In this document: piece by piece, positions 46,169 through 55,282 of the stretch
Layout: every line of letters starts with the position of its first letter
Position numbering within the stretch: the first letter of the stretch is position 1
Source of the DNA: Patescibacteria group bacterium
GTDB lineage: Bacteria; Patescibacteriota; Minisyncoccia; Moranbacterales; UBA2206
Direction: 5' to 3'
DNA: 64,000 nt
NCBI GenBank assembly: GCA_022709735.1
Contig: JAKLIG010000002.1
Location: 130,028-194,027, forward strand
The notes under the pieces: generated by a model
Seen by the model: only the letters and a program-made list of their open reading frames with translations
Told to the model about the DNA's origin: nothing
The model's database searches: none
Position numbers and translations under genes: made by a program

Positions 46169-46687
46169 ATGGAAGAACAAAAAAAAGAAGAACAAACAAC
46201 AGGAGAAGAATCCAAAAAAGCTGATCTTAAGGAAAGCGCAAATAAGCTGGAAGCATTGTTGGATGAGTATATGGTCAAAAAAGCGCCGTTTGCTTTGCCA
46301 ACGGGAGTCAAGGAATTTATCGTAGCTGTAGCGCCATATTTGACTATTATTTTCGCTATTATGGCTATTCCGATTATTTTAGCAGCTTTGGGCCTTTCCG
46401 CTTTTCTTACCCCATTTGCAATGCTCGGAGGATTCGGATATGGACTTGGGTGGGGATTTGGCATGATTGTTTCGCTAGTTGTGGCGGTTATCACGCTAGT
46501 TATGGAATTAATGGCAGTGCCGGGAATGTTCAAAAGAAAGAAAAGCGCCTGGAGACTACTATTTTATGCTAGTATCGTAAGTTTCATCGGAGGAATTCTT
46601 TCTATTCATGGAATTGTTGGCGCTATCATCGGAGCTATCATCGGTTGGTATATCTTGTTTCAAGTTAAGGATATGTATAAAAACTAG
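46169..46687 (+). CDS. hypothetical membrane protein (172 aa)
   Basis: Acidic/Lys-rich N-terminus then 3-4 TM helices; SD ggaggtg. Confidence 0.5.
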   Translation: MEEQKKEEQTTGEESKKADLKESANKLEALLDEYMVKKAPFALPTGVKEFIVAVAPYLTIIFAIMAIPIILAALGLSAFLTPFAMLGGFGYGLGWGFGMIVSLVVAVITLVMELMAVPGMFKRKKSAWRLLFYASIVSFIGGILSIHGIVGAIIGAIIGWYILFQVKDMYKN

Positions 46688-46751
46688 TGTATTTTTTCTG
46701 TTAAAACAGGCAAATTCTTTTTGGGTTTGTCTGTTTTTGTTTAGCATTTAA

Positions 46752-46760
46752 TGGTATAAT
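46752..46760 (+). promoter_or_regulatory. extended -10 promoter element TGgTATAAT for pyk
   Basis: tggtataat read directly; the TACGAAA element lies between it and the pyk ATG. Confidence 0.4.
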
Positions 46761-46780
46761 TCAAATATAAGCTTATTAAT

Positions 46781-46870
46781 AAATTTACGAACTACGAAAT
46801 TAACGAAATACGAAACAAGAAGAAATATTTTTCGTATTTTTGTATTTCGTATTAAATTCGTATTTTGTAA
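46781..46870. repeat. TACGAAA/TTTCGTA palindromic leader element (copy 2)
   Basis: tttacgaactacgaaattaacgaaatacgaaacaag...tttttcgtatttttgtatttcgtattaaattcgtatttt; shares the TTTACGAACTACGAAA start with copy 1. Confidence 0.5.
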
Positions 46871-46874
46871 ACAT

Positions 46875-48374
46875 ATGAAAAGAACCAAGATTGTCGCGAC
46901 TATTGGACCAGCGACTGATTCCAAGGAAAAACTAAAAAAATTAATCAAGGCCGGGATGAATGTCGCCCGAATTAATTTTTCTCATGGCGATCAAAAATCT
47001 AATGGGAAATTAATAAAGTATATAAAAGAACTTAGAAAAGAATTAAAAACTCCAATTGGGATTATGGCTGATCTTCAAGGGCCGAGGATTAGAACATTGG
47101 TTGAACAGGATATTAAGGTAGAGAAAGGGGAAACTATCTTGGTAGGAGACACTTCTTTTGGATCTCAAAATCCAAAATCCAAATTTCAAATTTCAAATAA
47201 AATCCAAAATCTCAAATCCAAAAATAATACTAAATCCAAAATCCAAAATCCAAAATATTTTCTTTTGGATTGGCCAGGAATAATTAAAAATATAAAAATC
47301 AAAAACGAAATTTTGATTGAAGACGGGCTAATCAAACTCAAAGTAATTGGAAAAGAAAAAGATTTTCTGAAAGCTGAAGCGATAAACGGCGGAGTTATCA
47401 AAAATCACAAAGGCGTGAATATTCCGGATACTAATTTGAAATCCGGCGCGGTGACGAAAAAAGATTTGGATGATTTGGAATTTGCACTTTTGCAAGATGT
47501 GGATTTTATCGCGCTGTCTTTTGTGAGTAATGCCAAGGAAATAATTAATATTAAAAATAAAATTGGAAAAATTCTTGGACGGAAAAATCAATTGCCTCAA
47601 GTCGTGGCAAAAATTGAAAGAAAAGAAGCGATAAAAAATATTTCTGAAATAATCAAAGCAACGGATGCAATTATGGTGGCGAGAGGCGATCTCGGAATTG
47701 AAATGAATGAAAGCAAAGTCGTGATTTACCAAAAAGAAATAATTGCCAAATGCTTGCGTTCAGCGACTCCCGTAATTGTGGCAACCCAAATGTTAAATTC
47801 CATGATTGAAAATCCTCGCCCGACGCGAGCGGAAGTAGGCGATGTCTCAAACGCGGTTATTGATCATACTGATGCGGTAATGCTTTCCGGAGAAACAGCC
47901 AATGGCAAATATCCGATTCAAGCGGTAGAAACAATGACGGAAATTATAAGAAACACAGAAAAATCGCCTTTTGACAATTTGGAACATGGCTTTTTGGGAG
48001 ACAAAAAAAACAGTGCTTCAGCCGCGATTGCCCACAGCGCCCATGAACTTTTGAAAGACACAGCTTCCAAGGCAATTGCAGTGGCAAGCGTTTCTGGTTT
48101 TACGGCGCGAATGATTTCGAGGCATCGTCCGGAAAGTTTGATTTTTGTCATGACTAACAATGAAAAAACTCATCAGCAACTAAGTTTGATTTGGGGAGTG
48201 CAAAGTTTTGTTTTGCCAGATTGCAAAACGATGGACGAACTTATTGATAGATCAATGGAAACTTTGAAAAAAGAAAAGATGGTAAAAATTGGAGATAAAT
48301 TGATTGTAGTTATGGGTCGTCCGCATAAAACCAAAGAACATATGAGTCTCGTGAAGGTGGAGGAAGTGAGATAA
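46875..48374 (+). CDS. pyk: pyruvate kinase with a ~35-aa in-frame low-complexity insert
   Basis: MKRTKIVATIGPAT...; the insert SFGSQNPKSKFQISNKIQNLKSKNNTKSKIQNPKY is encoded by CCAAAAT heptamer repeats at 47164-47254. Confidence 0.9.
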   Translation: MKRTKIVATIGPATDSKEKLKKLIKAGMNVARINFSHGDQKSNGKLIKYIKELRKELKTPIGIMADLQGPRIRTLVEQDIKVEKGETILVGDTSFGSQNPKSKFQISNKIQNLKSKNNTKSKIQNPKYFLLDWPGIIKNIKIKNEILIEDGLIKLKVIGKEKDFLKAEAINGGVIKNHKGVNIPDTNLKSGAVTKKDLDDLEFALLQDVDFIALSFVSNAKEIINIKNKIGKILGRKNQLPQVVAKIERKEAIKNISEIIKATDAIMVARGDLGIEMNESKVVIYQKEIIAKCLRSATPVIVATQMLNSMIENPRPTRAEVGDVSNAVIDHTDAVMLSGETANGKYPIQAVETMTEIIRNTEKSPFDNLEHGFLGDKKNSASAAIAHSAHELLKDTASKAIAVASVSGFTARMISRHRPESLIFVMTNNEKTHQQLSLIWGVQSFVLPDCKTMDELIDRSMETLKKEKMVKIGDKLIVVMGRPHKTKEHMSLVKVEEVR

Positions 48375-48385
48375 TTCTTTTTTTT

Positions 48386-48707
48386 ACTTTTTCTTTCCGC
48401 AAGAAAAAGTAACAAAAAGAACTCTCAGCCTAATTTCGTCTCTGACAAATTTTCAGCTGTCTCGCTAAAATTTATGTTCCGCTTCGCTCCATAATAAATT
48501 TTTTAACGCTCGCTAGCTTCAATTTGTGTCATCGTCGAAATGGGCTGAAATAAAATACAAGGAAATTCTTGAAATAAATTTAGAATATATTTGGAAAAGT
48601 TGAGCTTTAGGGCGGAGCCTAAACTGTTCAAAAAGCTCAACTTTAATGAAGAGCCAGAATTTTTTCAAAATAAAAACCCCGGGCGGATGGTGATCACGCT
48701 CGGGGCC
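48386..48707. repeat. ~330-bp non-coding repeat element, copy B
   Basis: See copy A. 5' hairpin TACTTTTTCTT-TCCGC-AAGAAAAAGTA; 3' hairpin CCCCGGGCG...CGCTCGGGG (48677-48705). Confidence 0.6.
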
Positions 48708-48720
48708 TTAAGACAAGTTT

Positions 48721-49131
48721 CTATAACTTGACAAACTCTCCCTTAACACGAAAAATAATTTCAGGAAAGTTTTTTGTGTCCAAATAAAAGCTTTTCTTCC
48801 CTATAAATACAGACCCTTCCTTGCCGTTCAAAATAGCATCTTCAGAAATTTTTAATGGTGAAGGAAATTGCGCACGATTCAGAAAGGTATGTATAGTTTC
48901 TTTTGGAGAGGCATCTCCCGAAAAAAGATCTGAAAGTTCTAACCCAGGCATTCCCTTTGCGGGAACAGAGAATATTAACGGATATACTGTACTTCCATTT
49001 TTAAGAACAATTCCGATTTTTCCCGTTTCAGGCATGTAACGCAAACGATATAAGAGCTCAAATTTTTTTAATTTTTCACCCTCAACTTTTAAGATAATGT
49101 CTATTTCCTCTAAAGTGGTAATATTTTTCAT
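48721..49131 (-). CDS. hypothetical protein (136 aa)
   Basis: ORF followed on the minus strand by hairpin + U-run. Confidence 0.45.
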   Translation of the reverse strand: MKNITTLEEIDIILKVEGEKLKKFELLYRLRYMPETGKIGIVLKNGSTVYPLIFSVPAKGMPGLELSDLFSGDASPKETIHTFLNRAQFPSPLKISEDAILNGKEGSVFIGKKSFYLDTKNFPEIIFRVKGEFVKL

Positions 49132-49297
49132 GACGTATTCTCCCTTTTCTTTATATTGTTAATTTGCAATTATTACCTTAATAACAACACAATATAAAAC
49201 AAAAATAATATTTTGTCGATAGATTATTTCAAATGTTTTATTATTAAAACCAAATAAACCCTTAAATCAGCCATTATTTATTTAATAATATTAAAAT

Positions 49298-49338
49298 AAT
49301 GTCATAATTATTGACATTTTAGGTATTCTTGCTATGCT
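49298..49338 (+). promoter_or_regulatory. promoter with a perfect palindromic operator AATGTCATAATTATTGACATT over the -35; TTGACA-16-TATGCT; leaderless start
   Basis: Palindrome 49298-49318; tatgct 49333-49338; ATG at 49345. Confidence 0.5.
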
Positions 49339-49344
49339 ATTGGC

Positions 49345-50088
49345 ATGAGCGAACAAGAAAAAATGTTAATAGAATACGGGCTAAGCCCTAATGAAGCTAA
49401 GGTTTATTTGGCAATGCTCCTTTTTGGACATAATACGGTTTTATCAATTTCACAAGAAACAGAGATAAAAAGGCCGACAGTTTATATCACACTCGAAGGC
49501 TTGCTCAAAAAGGGTTTGGCGAAAATTATTGTTAAAGGCAAGAAAAAAACATATCTGCCGGAAGAACCAGAAAAATTAGTTCAGCTTTTAGAAACCAAGA
49601 AAAGATCTATCGAAGAAATTTTGCCGGAATTAAAAAATAATTATTTTAGCCAGAAAGAAAAACCTAAAATAATTTCTTATGAAGGAAAAGACGGGATTAG
49701 AAAAATATACCGAGAAACATTAAGAAGTAAAACAGAAGTTCTTTGGTTCGGTTCGGTTAAGGATATTTTCGAAGAATTTATGGAAAGCTTTGAGACTGAA
49801 AAGAAAAGATTGGCGAACCCCAATGGCTCCAGGGAAATTATAAATAATATTACTTTTGATAAGAGCTATGCCAAAAGAATTAATGCACAAAAAAATCCTA
49901 AAGAAAGGGTAAAAATATTGCCAAATAGTCAATTTTTCCCCAGTGTTGATAACATCATATATGAAGACAGGGTTGTAATTCTTTCAGTTAAAAAAAATTT
50001 CTATGGAGTAGTCATAGAAAACAGTGATATAGCCAATGCCTATAGAACAATGTTTGAACTGGCATGGAAATCAGCTGTAGAGCCTTAA
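49345..50088 (+). CDS. TrmB-family HTH transcriptional regulator (paralog 3)
   Basis: ...YGLSPNEAKVYLAMLLFGHNTVLSISQETEIKRPTVYITLEGLLKKGL... Confidence 0.7.
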   Translation: MSEQEKMLIEYGLSPNEAKVYLAMLLFGHNTVLSISQETEIKRPTVYITLEGLLKKGLAKIIVKGKKKTYLPEEPEKLVQLLETKKRSIEEILPELKNNYFSQKEKPKIISYEGKDGIRKIYRETLRSKTEVLWFGSVKDIFEEFMESFETEKKRLANPNGSREIINNITFDKSYAKRINAQKNPKERVKILPNSQFFPSVDNIIYEDRVVILSVKKNFYGVVIENSDIANAYRTMFELAWKSAVEP

Positions 50089-50149
50089 AAAACTTAGCGG
50101 AAAAATTATTTTTGTGGTATAATAATTTTATAAAACATAAAACAAAAAA

Positions 50150-52609
50150 ATGTTTAAAAGAAAAAGCAAAACAGAAAACAAAAAAGATAAATTCGTATTG
50201 TGGTTTAAGGAGCTAGGGATAAAAGACATTGAATTTGCCGGCGGGAAAAATGCGTCGCTGGGTGAGATGTATTCCAATCTAAAAAACAAGGGGATAAAAA
50301 TTCCCGACGGTTTTGCGATTACCTCCAAGGCGTATCGTCATTTTATTTCTAAAAACCAGCTGGATGGAAAAATAAAAAAGATACTCAAAGGTCTGAATAC
50401 CGGGAATATGGTAAATCTGGCGAAACGCGGACACCAAATCCGAGAAGCGATTCTTTCGGCGCAATTTCCGGAAGATTTGCGAAACGAAATTGTGGAAAAT
50501 TATGCCAAACTTTCCAAAGAATATGCTCGGCATAAAGATTTTAGAATTACTTGGGATCGTGATGATCACACTAATCATTTTGCGGGTGGAGTGGATGTGG
50601 CAGTGCGATCAAGCGCGACAGCGGAAGACTTGGTAGACGCATCTTTTGCGGGGCAACAGGAATCATATTTGAATGTGATCGGCGAATATAATCTTTTGGA
50701 ATCAGTCAAAAAATGTTTTGCTTCGCTTTTTACCGATCGGGCGATATCATACCGCGTCGACAAAAAATTTGATCATTTCAAAATTGCGCTTTCAGTCGGT
50801 GTGCAAAAAATGATCAGGTCAGATGAAGCCGTGAGCGGAGTAATGTTCACGATTGACACTGAATCAGGTTTTTCTGATGCCATTGTGATAAATGGTTCTT
50901 GGGGACTCGGGGAAAATATTGTGAAAGGAAAAGTTACGCCGGATGAATTTATCGTGCATAAGCCAACTCTCAAAGCCGGATTTAGGCCAATTATTGGGAA
51001 GAAATTAGGGAGTAAGGAAAATAAACTGATTTATAGCGTTGGAGGAAATTCTTCCACGCAAAGCGTTTCTGTGCCAATGGAGGATCGAAAAAAATTCGCG
51101 CTCACTGACGAAGAAGTTTTGCAGTTAGCAACTTGGGGAATGAAAATTGAAGAACATTATAAAAAACCAATGGATATCGAATGGGCAAAAGACGGAAGAA
51201 CCAAAGAACTTTATATCGTCCAAGCTCGGCCGGAAACGGTGGAGTCGCAAAAAGATAAAAATGTTTTGGAAGAATATTCACTCAAGGAAAAAGGCAAATT
51301 GCTTTGCCAAGGTTCGGCCGTTGGAGGGAAAATCGGACAAGGCGAAGCGAATGTGATAAAAGACGTGGCAAAAATTGCCCAGTTCAAGAAAGACCAAGTG
51401 CTAGTCACGGAAATGACTGATCCAGATTGGGAGCCGATTATGAAAATTGCGAGCGCGATTGTAACAAATTCCGGCGGGCGGACATCGCATGCGGCAATTG
51501 TAAGCCGAGAACTCGGGATTCCGTGTATCGTGGGAGTGGGGAATGCGACGCACGCGATAAAGGACGGGCAAAATGTTACCGTGAGTTGCGCGGAAGGGGA
51601 AGAAGGAAAAATTTATGATGGAATGTTGAAATATGAAATCAAAAAAACTAATCTCAAACACCTTCGAAAAACCAAAACCAAAATAATGATGAATGTTGGA
51701 AATCCTGACCAGGCTTTTGATCTTTCCTTTATCCCAAATGACGGAGTGGGGCTCGCTCGAGAAGAATTTATTATCACGGAATACATAAAAATTCATCCGA
51801 TGGCGCTTAAGCATTTTGAAAAAATAAAAGATCGAGAAGAAAAAAAGAAAATAGAAGAAATCACGGAAGGATATCCTGGCAAGGAAGAATTTTTTGTGGA
51901 CAAGTTAGCGGAAGGCATCGGGAGAATTGCGGCGGCTTTCTATCCGAAAGATGTGATTGTTCGACTTTCCGATTTCAAAACCAATGAATATTCCACGCTT
52001 ATCGGCGGTAAAATTTTTGAACCAGCCGAAGAAAACCCAATGATTGGCTGGCGTGGAGCATCGCGTTATTATGATCCGGATTACATGGATGGTTTTGCCT
52101 TGGAGTGCCGGGCGTTTAAAAAAGTTCGTGAAATTATGGGGCTCACAAATGTCAAAATTATGGTGCCGTTCTGCCGAACAATTAAAGAAGGCGAAGAAGT
52201 TTTGGCGCAAATGAAAAAACATGGACTGGAACGAGGAAAAAACAAACTGGAAGTTTATGTGATGTGCGAAATTCCATCGAATGTTATTTTAGCTCATGAA
52301 TTTGCTAAAATTTTTGATGGTTTTTCAATCGGTTCCAATGACCTAACCCAGCTTACGCTTGGAGTAGATCGCGATAGCGCCAAGGTTGCGCATGTTTATG
52401 ATGAAAGAAATGAAGCGGTCAAGGAACTTATCCGGCAAGTTATTTCTAAGGCGCATATCTCAAAAAGAAAAGTCGGCATTTGCGGACAAGCACCATCAGA
52501 CTTTCTGGATTTTGCCAAATTTTTGGTGGAAGAAAAAATTGATTCGATTTCCCTAAATCCTGACACAGTCATAAAAACGACGATTGAGATTGGGAAGATG
52601 GAAAAATAG
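50150..52609 (+). CDS. ppsA: phosphoenolpyruvate synthase (pyruvate, water dikinase)
   Basis: 819 aa; PEP-utilising phospho-His domain GGRTSHAAIVSRELGIPCIVG; N-terminal ATP-grasp-like domain and C-terminal PEP/pyruvate-binding domain. Confidence 0.9.
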   Translation: MFKRKSKTENKKDKFVLWFKELGIKDIEFAGGKNASLGEMYSNLKNKGIKIPDGFAITSKAYRHFISKNQLDGKIKKILKGLNTGNMVNLAKRGHQIREAILSAQFPEDLRNEIVENYAKLSKEYARHKDFRITWDRDDHTNHFAGGVDVAVRSSATAEDLVDASFAGQQESYLNVIGEYNLLESVKKCFASLFTDRAISYRVDKKFDHFKIALSVGVQKMIRSDEAVSGVMFTIDTESGFSDAIVINGSWGLGENIVKGKVTPDEFIVHKPTLKAGFRPIIGKKLGSKENKLIYSVGGNSSTQSVSVPMEDRKKFALTDEEVLQLATWGMKIEEHYKKPMDIEWAKDGRTKELYIVQARPETVESQKDKNVLEEYSLKEKGKLLCQGSAVGGKIGQGEANVIKDVAKIAQFKKDQVLVTEMTDPDWEPIMKIASAIVTNSGGRTSHAAIVSRELGIPCIVGVGNATHAIKDGQNVTVSCAEGEEGKIYDGMLKYEIKKTNLKHLRKTKTKIMMNVGNPDQAFDLSFIPNDGVGLAREEFIITEYIKIHPMALKHFEKIKDREEKKKIEEITEGYPGKEEFFVDKLAEGIGRIAAAFYPKDVIVRLSDFKTNEYSTLIGGKIFEPAEENPMIGWRGASRYYDPDYMDGFALECRAFKKVREIMGLTNVKIMVPFCRTIKEGEEVLAQMKKHGLERGKNKLEVYVMCEIPSNVILAHEFAKIFDGFSIGSNDLTQLTLGVDRDSAKVAHVYDERNEAVKELIRQVISKAHISKRKVGICGQAPSDFLDFAKFLVEEKIDSISLNPDTVIKTTIEIGKMEK

Positions 52610-52640
52610 GAAGCAAGAATAAAGAAAAAAGAAGAAAGAA

Positions 52641-52670
52641 AAAATCCGTGGTTTATCTACGGATTTTTTT
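52641..52670 (+). terminator. rho-independent terminator
   Basis: AAAATCCGT..ACGGATTTT, a 9-bp stem, followed by TTTTT. Confidence 0.7.
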
Positions 52671-52719
52671 AAATCTTGATATTTATAAGATAGTTAGGTA
52701 TTCTTATAATATTAAATTC

Positions 52720-52804
52720 GGAGAGTTCGCATAGTGGTCTAGTGCGCACGCTTGGAAAGCGTGTGTGTCGCAAGGCACCGAGGGTTCAAATCCCTCACTC
52801 TCCG
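52720..52804 (+). tRNA. tRNA-Ser (anticodon GGA), long variable arm
   Basis: Acceptor GGAGAGT/ACTCTCC + discriminator G; anticodon stem CACGC/GCGTG with loop TTGGAAA; long variable arm; T-arm GAGGG-TTCAAAT-CCCTC. A TATAAT lies 9 nt upstream (52705-52710). Confidence 0.75.
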
Positions 52805-52808
52805 CTAA

Positions 52809-53420
52809 TCATATTTTAACTTCGCCCTGCCTTAAAATCTTAATTTTCTCATTTTTTATTTCAATGAGTGTTGAGGGCAAAGATTCTAATTTTCCTTCGT
52901 CGATATAAATATCAACTTTCTTGCCGAAATATTTTTTAGCATCAGTGATGGTTTTGGCTGGAAGCAAACTTTCGGGATTGGCACTAGCAGAAACAAGCGG
53001 GCCGGTGCTTTTAAGTAATCTTTTTAAATTAGCTTTATCCGGAAGGCGGAAAGCTAAAGATTTTTGCCCGCGATGAAGATAACGAAATTTTTTGTTAGGG
53101 CATGGCAAAATTACGCTTACTTTCCCCGGCCAGATTTTTTCTAGAATTTTTTTAGTTTTCGCGTCAATTTTAATCTTAAATAATTCTAAATCATCGATGC
53201 CAGAAATAATGATAATCAAAGGTTTTTTTAGGTTTCTTTTTTTAAGGCGATAAATTTTTTCTATTGAATATGGCAAAAAAGCGCTGGCTGACAAGCCGTA
53301 AATTGTGTCAGTTGGAATAATGGCAATTTTGCCCTCATTAATATTTTGCGCTAATTTTTTATTGTTCAGTTTCATACTCTTCTTATTAGCATAGAAAGGC
53401 GAAAATTTCAAATTTTGCAA
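52809..53420 (-). CDS. tsaC: L-threonylcarbamoyladenylate synthase (YrdC/Sua5 family, short form)
   Basis: ...KIAIIPTDTIYGLSASAF...; 203 aa. Confidence 0.75.
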   Translation of the reverse strand: MQNLKFSPFYANKKSMKLNNKKLAQNINEGKIAIIPTDTIYGLSASAFLPYSIEKIYRLKKRNLKKPLIIIISGIDDLELFKIKIDAKTKKILEKIWPGKVSVILPCPNKKFRYLHRGQKSLAFRLPDKANLKRLLKSTGPLVSASANPESLLPAKTITDAKKYFGKKVDIYIDEGKLESLPSTLIEIKNEKIKILRQGEVKI

Positions 53421-53459
53421 TTTTTTGCAAGATTTTATGTATTATAGTAGGATAACTTC

Positions 53460-55256
53460 ATGAATACAGATGTCGAAGAAATAAAATCTAGGCTCAATAT
53501 TGTTGATGTTTTGGGCGAATATATCCGACTAGATAAGGCAGGAGCGAACTGGCGGGCTCTCTGCCCTTTTCATAATGAAAAATCGCCCTCTTTTATGGCA
53601 AGTGAAGAAAAACAAATCTGGCATTGTTTTGGTTGCCAGAAGGGGGGAGACATTTTTGGTTTTGTGATGGAAATGGAAGGCTTGGAGTTTCGCGAAGCAT
53701 TGAAAATTCTCGCGGAAAAAGCTGGAGTAAAATTGCAATCATACAGTCCGGAAAAAACAGAAGAAAAAAGCAGAACCTTGGAAATTTTGGAACTTGCTAC
53801 CAAGTTTTATGAAGTGCAACTTTGGAAAGGTGAAGGCAAGGAGAAAATTCTTAAATATTTACATGATCGGGGATTGAAAGACGAAACAATCAAAGAATTT
53901 CGCTTAGGCTATGCGCCGAACGGCTGGCGAAATATGCTAACTTTTTTGACTGGCAGAGGCTTCAAAGTAGAAGAAATAATTAAAACGGGTCTTTTAGTGA
54001 AAAAAGAAAATTCAGGAGATTTCTATGACCGGTTCCGTGATCGGATAATGTTTCCAATCGCAGATTATTCGGGAAAAATTTTAGGCTATAGCGCTCGAGT
54101 GGCGCCAGGTGGAGATGAATCACAGGCAAAATATGTAAATACTCCCGAAACAGAAGTTTATCATAAAAGCCGAGTGCTTTATGGCATAGATAAGGCTCGA
54201 AGTGAAATGAAACAAAAAGACAGCGTCCTTCTTGTCGAAGGCAATATGGATGTGATTGCCTCGCATCAAGCGTGGATAAAAAATACCGTAGCAGTTTCTG
54301 GAACGGCGCTCACGCAAGAACAGATTGGAACAATAAAAAGATATACTAAAAATATTCAAATGTTTTTTGATATGGACAGCGCCGGAGAACAAGCGACAAA
54401 AAAGAGTGTCAAATTATGCCTGGCAAGTGATATGTCAGTAAAAATTGTAAGTTTGGCGCAAGGCAAGGATGCGGCCGATATGGCCAAAGACAATCCGGAA
54501 GAACTTCGAAAAAATGTCGCCGAAGCTTTGCCAGCAATGGAATATTTTTTCCAGAAAACTTTTCAAAAATTTGATAAAAACAAAATTGAAGACAAGAAAA
54601 AAATAACCGAAGAACTTTTGGCGCTAATTTCTAGTTTGGAAAATGAAGTGGAAAAAAATTATTGGATAAAAAAACTGGGAGAAGGGCTGAATATAGCAGA
54701 GTCAGCATTGACGGATGAGTTTAAAAAGATTAGTCTTAAGAGTAAGATTAGAATAAGTGAAAAATCTGAAAATATTCCCGAAAAAAATATTCCTTTAGCG
54801 AAAAAAGAAATGTTAACGCGCGAGCTGATTGGGCTGATGCTTACGAGCAGTTTTGCTTGGAAAAAAGCGGCGGAAGAAGCGCGTGAGGGCAAATTTGATT
54901 TAGAGGATAATCTTTTTAGTTTGATGATTGAAAAAGGAGAAAAGGCAGATTTTGATTTTTCTGTCTTTATGGGTGAAATAGCAGAAAATCGGGAACTTAG
55001 TGAAAAAGCGGAAAAGATTTTTTCCCAGAAGAAATACCGCCTTGATCTTAATAATAATTTAGAAGAAATAGTTGTTGAAGAACCACTCAAAGATTTTCAA
55101 TTGTATGCCAATGAACTTCTAAAAGAGAATAAAAAAGAAGAGCTTAACCGCATAAGCAATGATCTTAGGGTTGCGGAAGAAAGGAAAGACAAAAACGCGG
55201 TAATGTTTCTGCGCCAGGAATTTGATCGAATTTCCAAAGAACTTGCAAAACTATAA
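53460..55256 (+). CDS. dnaG: DNA primase
   Basis: CHC2 zinc finger CPFHNEKSPSF...WHCFGCQKGGD; Toprim LVEGNMDVIA. Confidence 0.9.
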   Translation: MNTDVEEIKSRLNIVDVLGEYIRLDKAGANWRALCPFHNEKSPSFMASEEKQIWHCFGCQKGGDIFGFVMEMEGLEFREALKILAEKAGVKLQSYSPEKTEEKSRTLEILELATKFYEVQLWKGEGKEKILKYLHDRGLKDETIKEFRLGYAPNGWRNMLTFLTGRGFKVEEIIKTGLLVKKENSGDFYDRFRDRIMFPIADYSGKILGYSARVAPGGDESQAKYVNTPETEVYHKSRVLYGIDKARSEMKQKDSVLLVEGNMDVIASHQAWIKNTVAVSGTALTQEQIGTIKRYTKNIQMFFDMDSAGEQATKKSVKLCLASDMSVKIVSLAQGKDAADMAKDNPEELRKNVAEALPAMEYFFQKTFQKFDKNKIEDKKKITEELLALISSLENEVEKNYWIKKLGEGLNIAESALTDEFKKISLKSKIRISEKSENIPEKNIPLAKKEMLTRELIGLMLTSSFAWKKAAEEAREGKFDLEDNLFSLMIEKGEKADFDFSVFMGEIAENRELSEKAEKIFSQKKYRLDLNNNLEEIVVEEPLKDFQLYANELLKENKKEELNRISNDLRVAEERKDKNAVMFLRQEFDRISKELAKL

Positions 55257-55282
55257 TTTTATTTAATATTATCTAAATATTT

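Noticed and set aside
47160-47260. CRISPR array
   Set aside because: The short tandem repeats in this window are 7-nt microsatellites inside genes or 20-130-bp dispersed repeats. No array of 24-48-bp direct repeats with unique spacers exists, and no cas genes are present.
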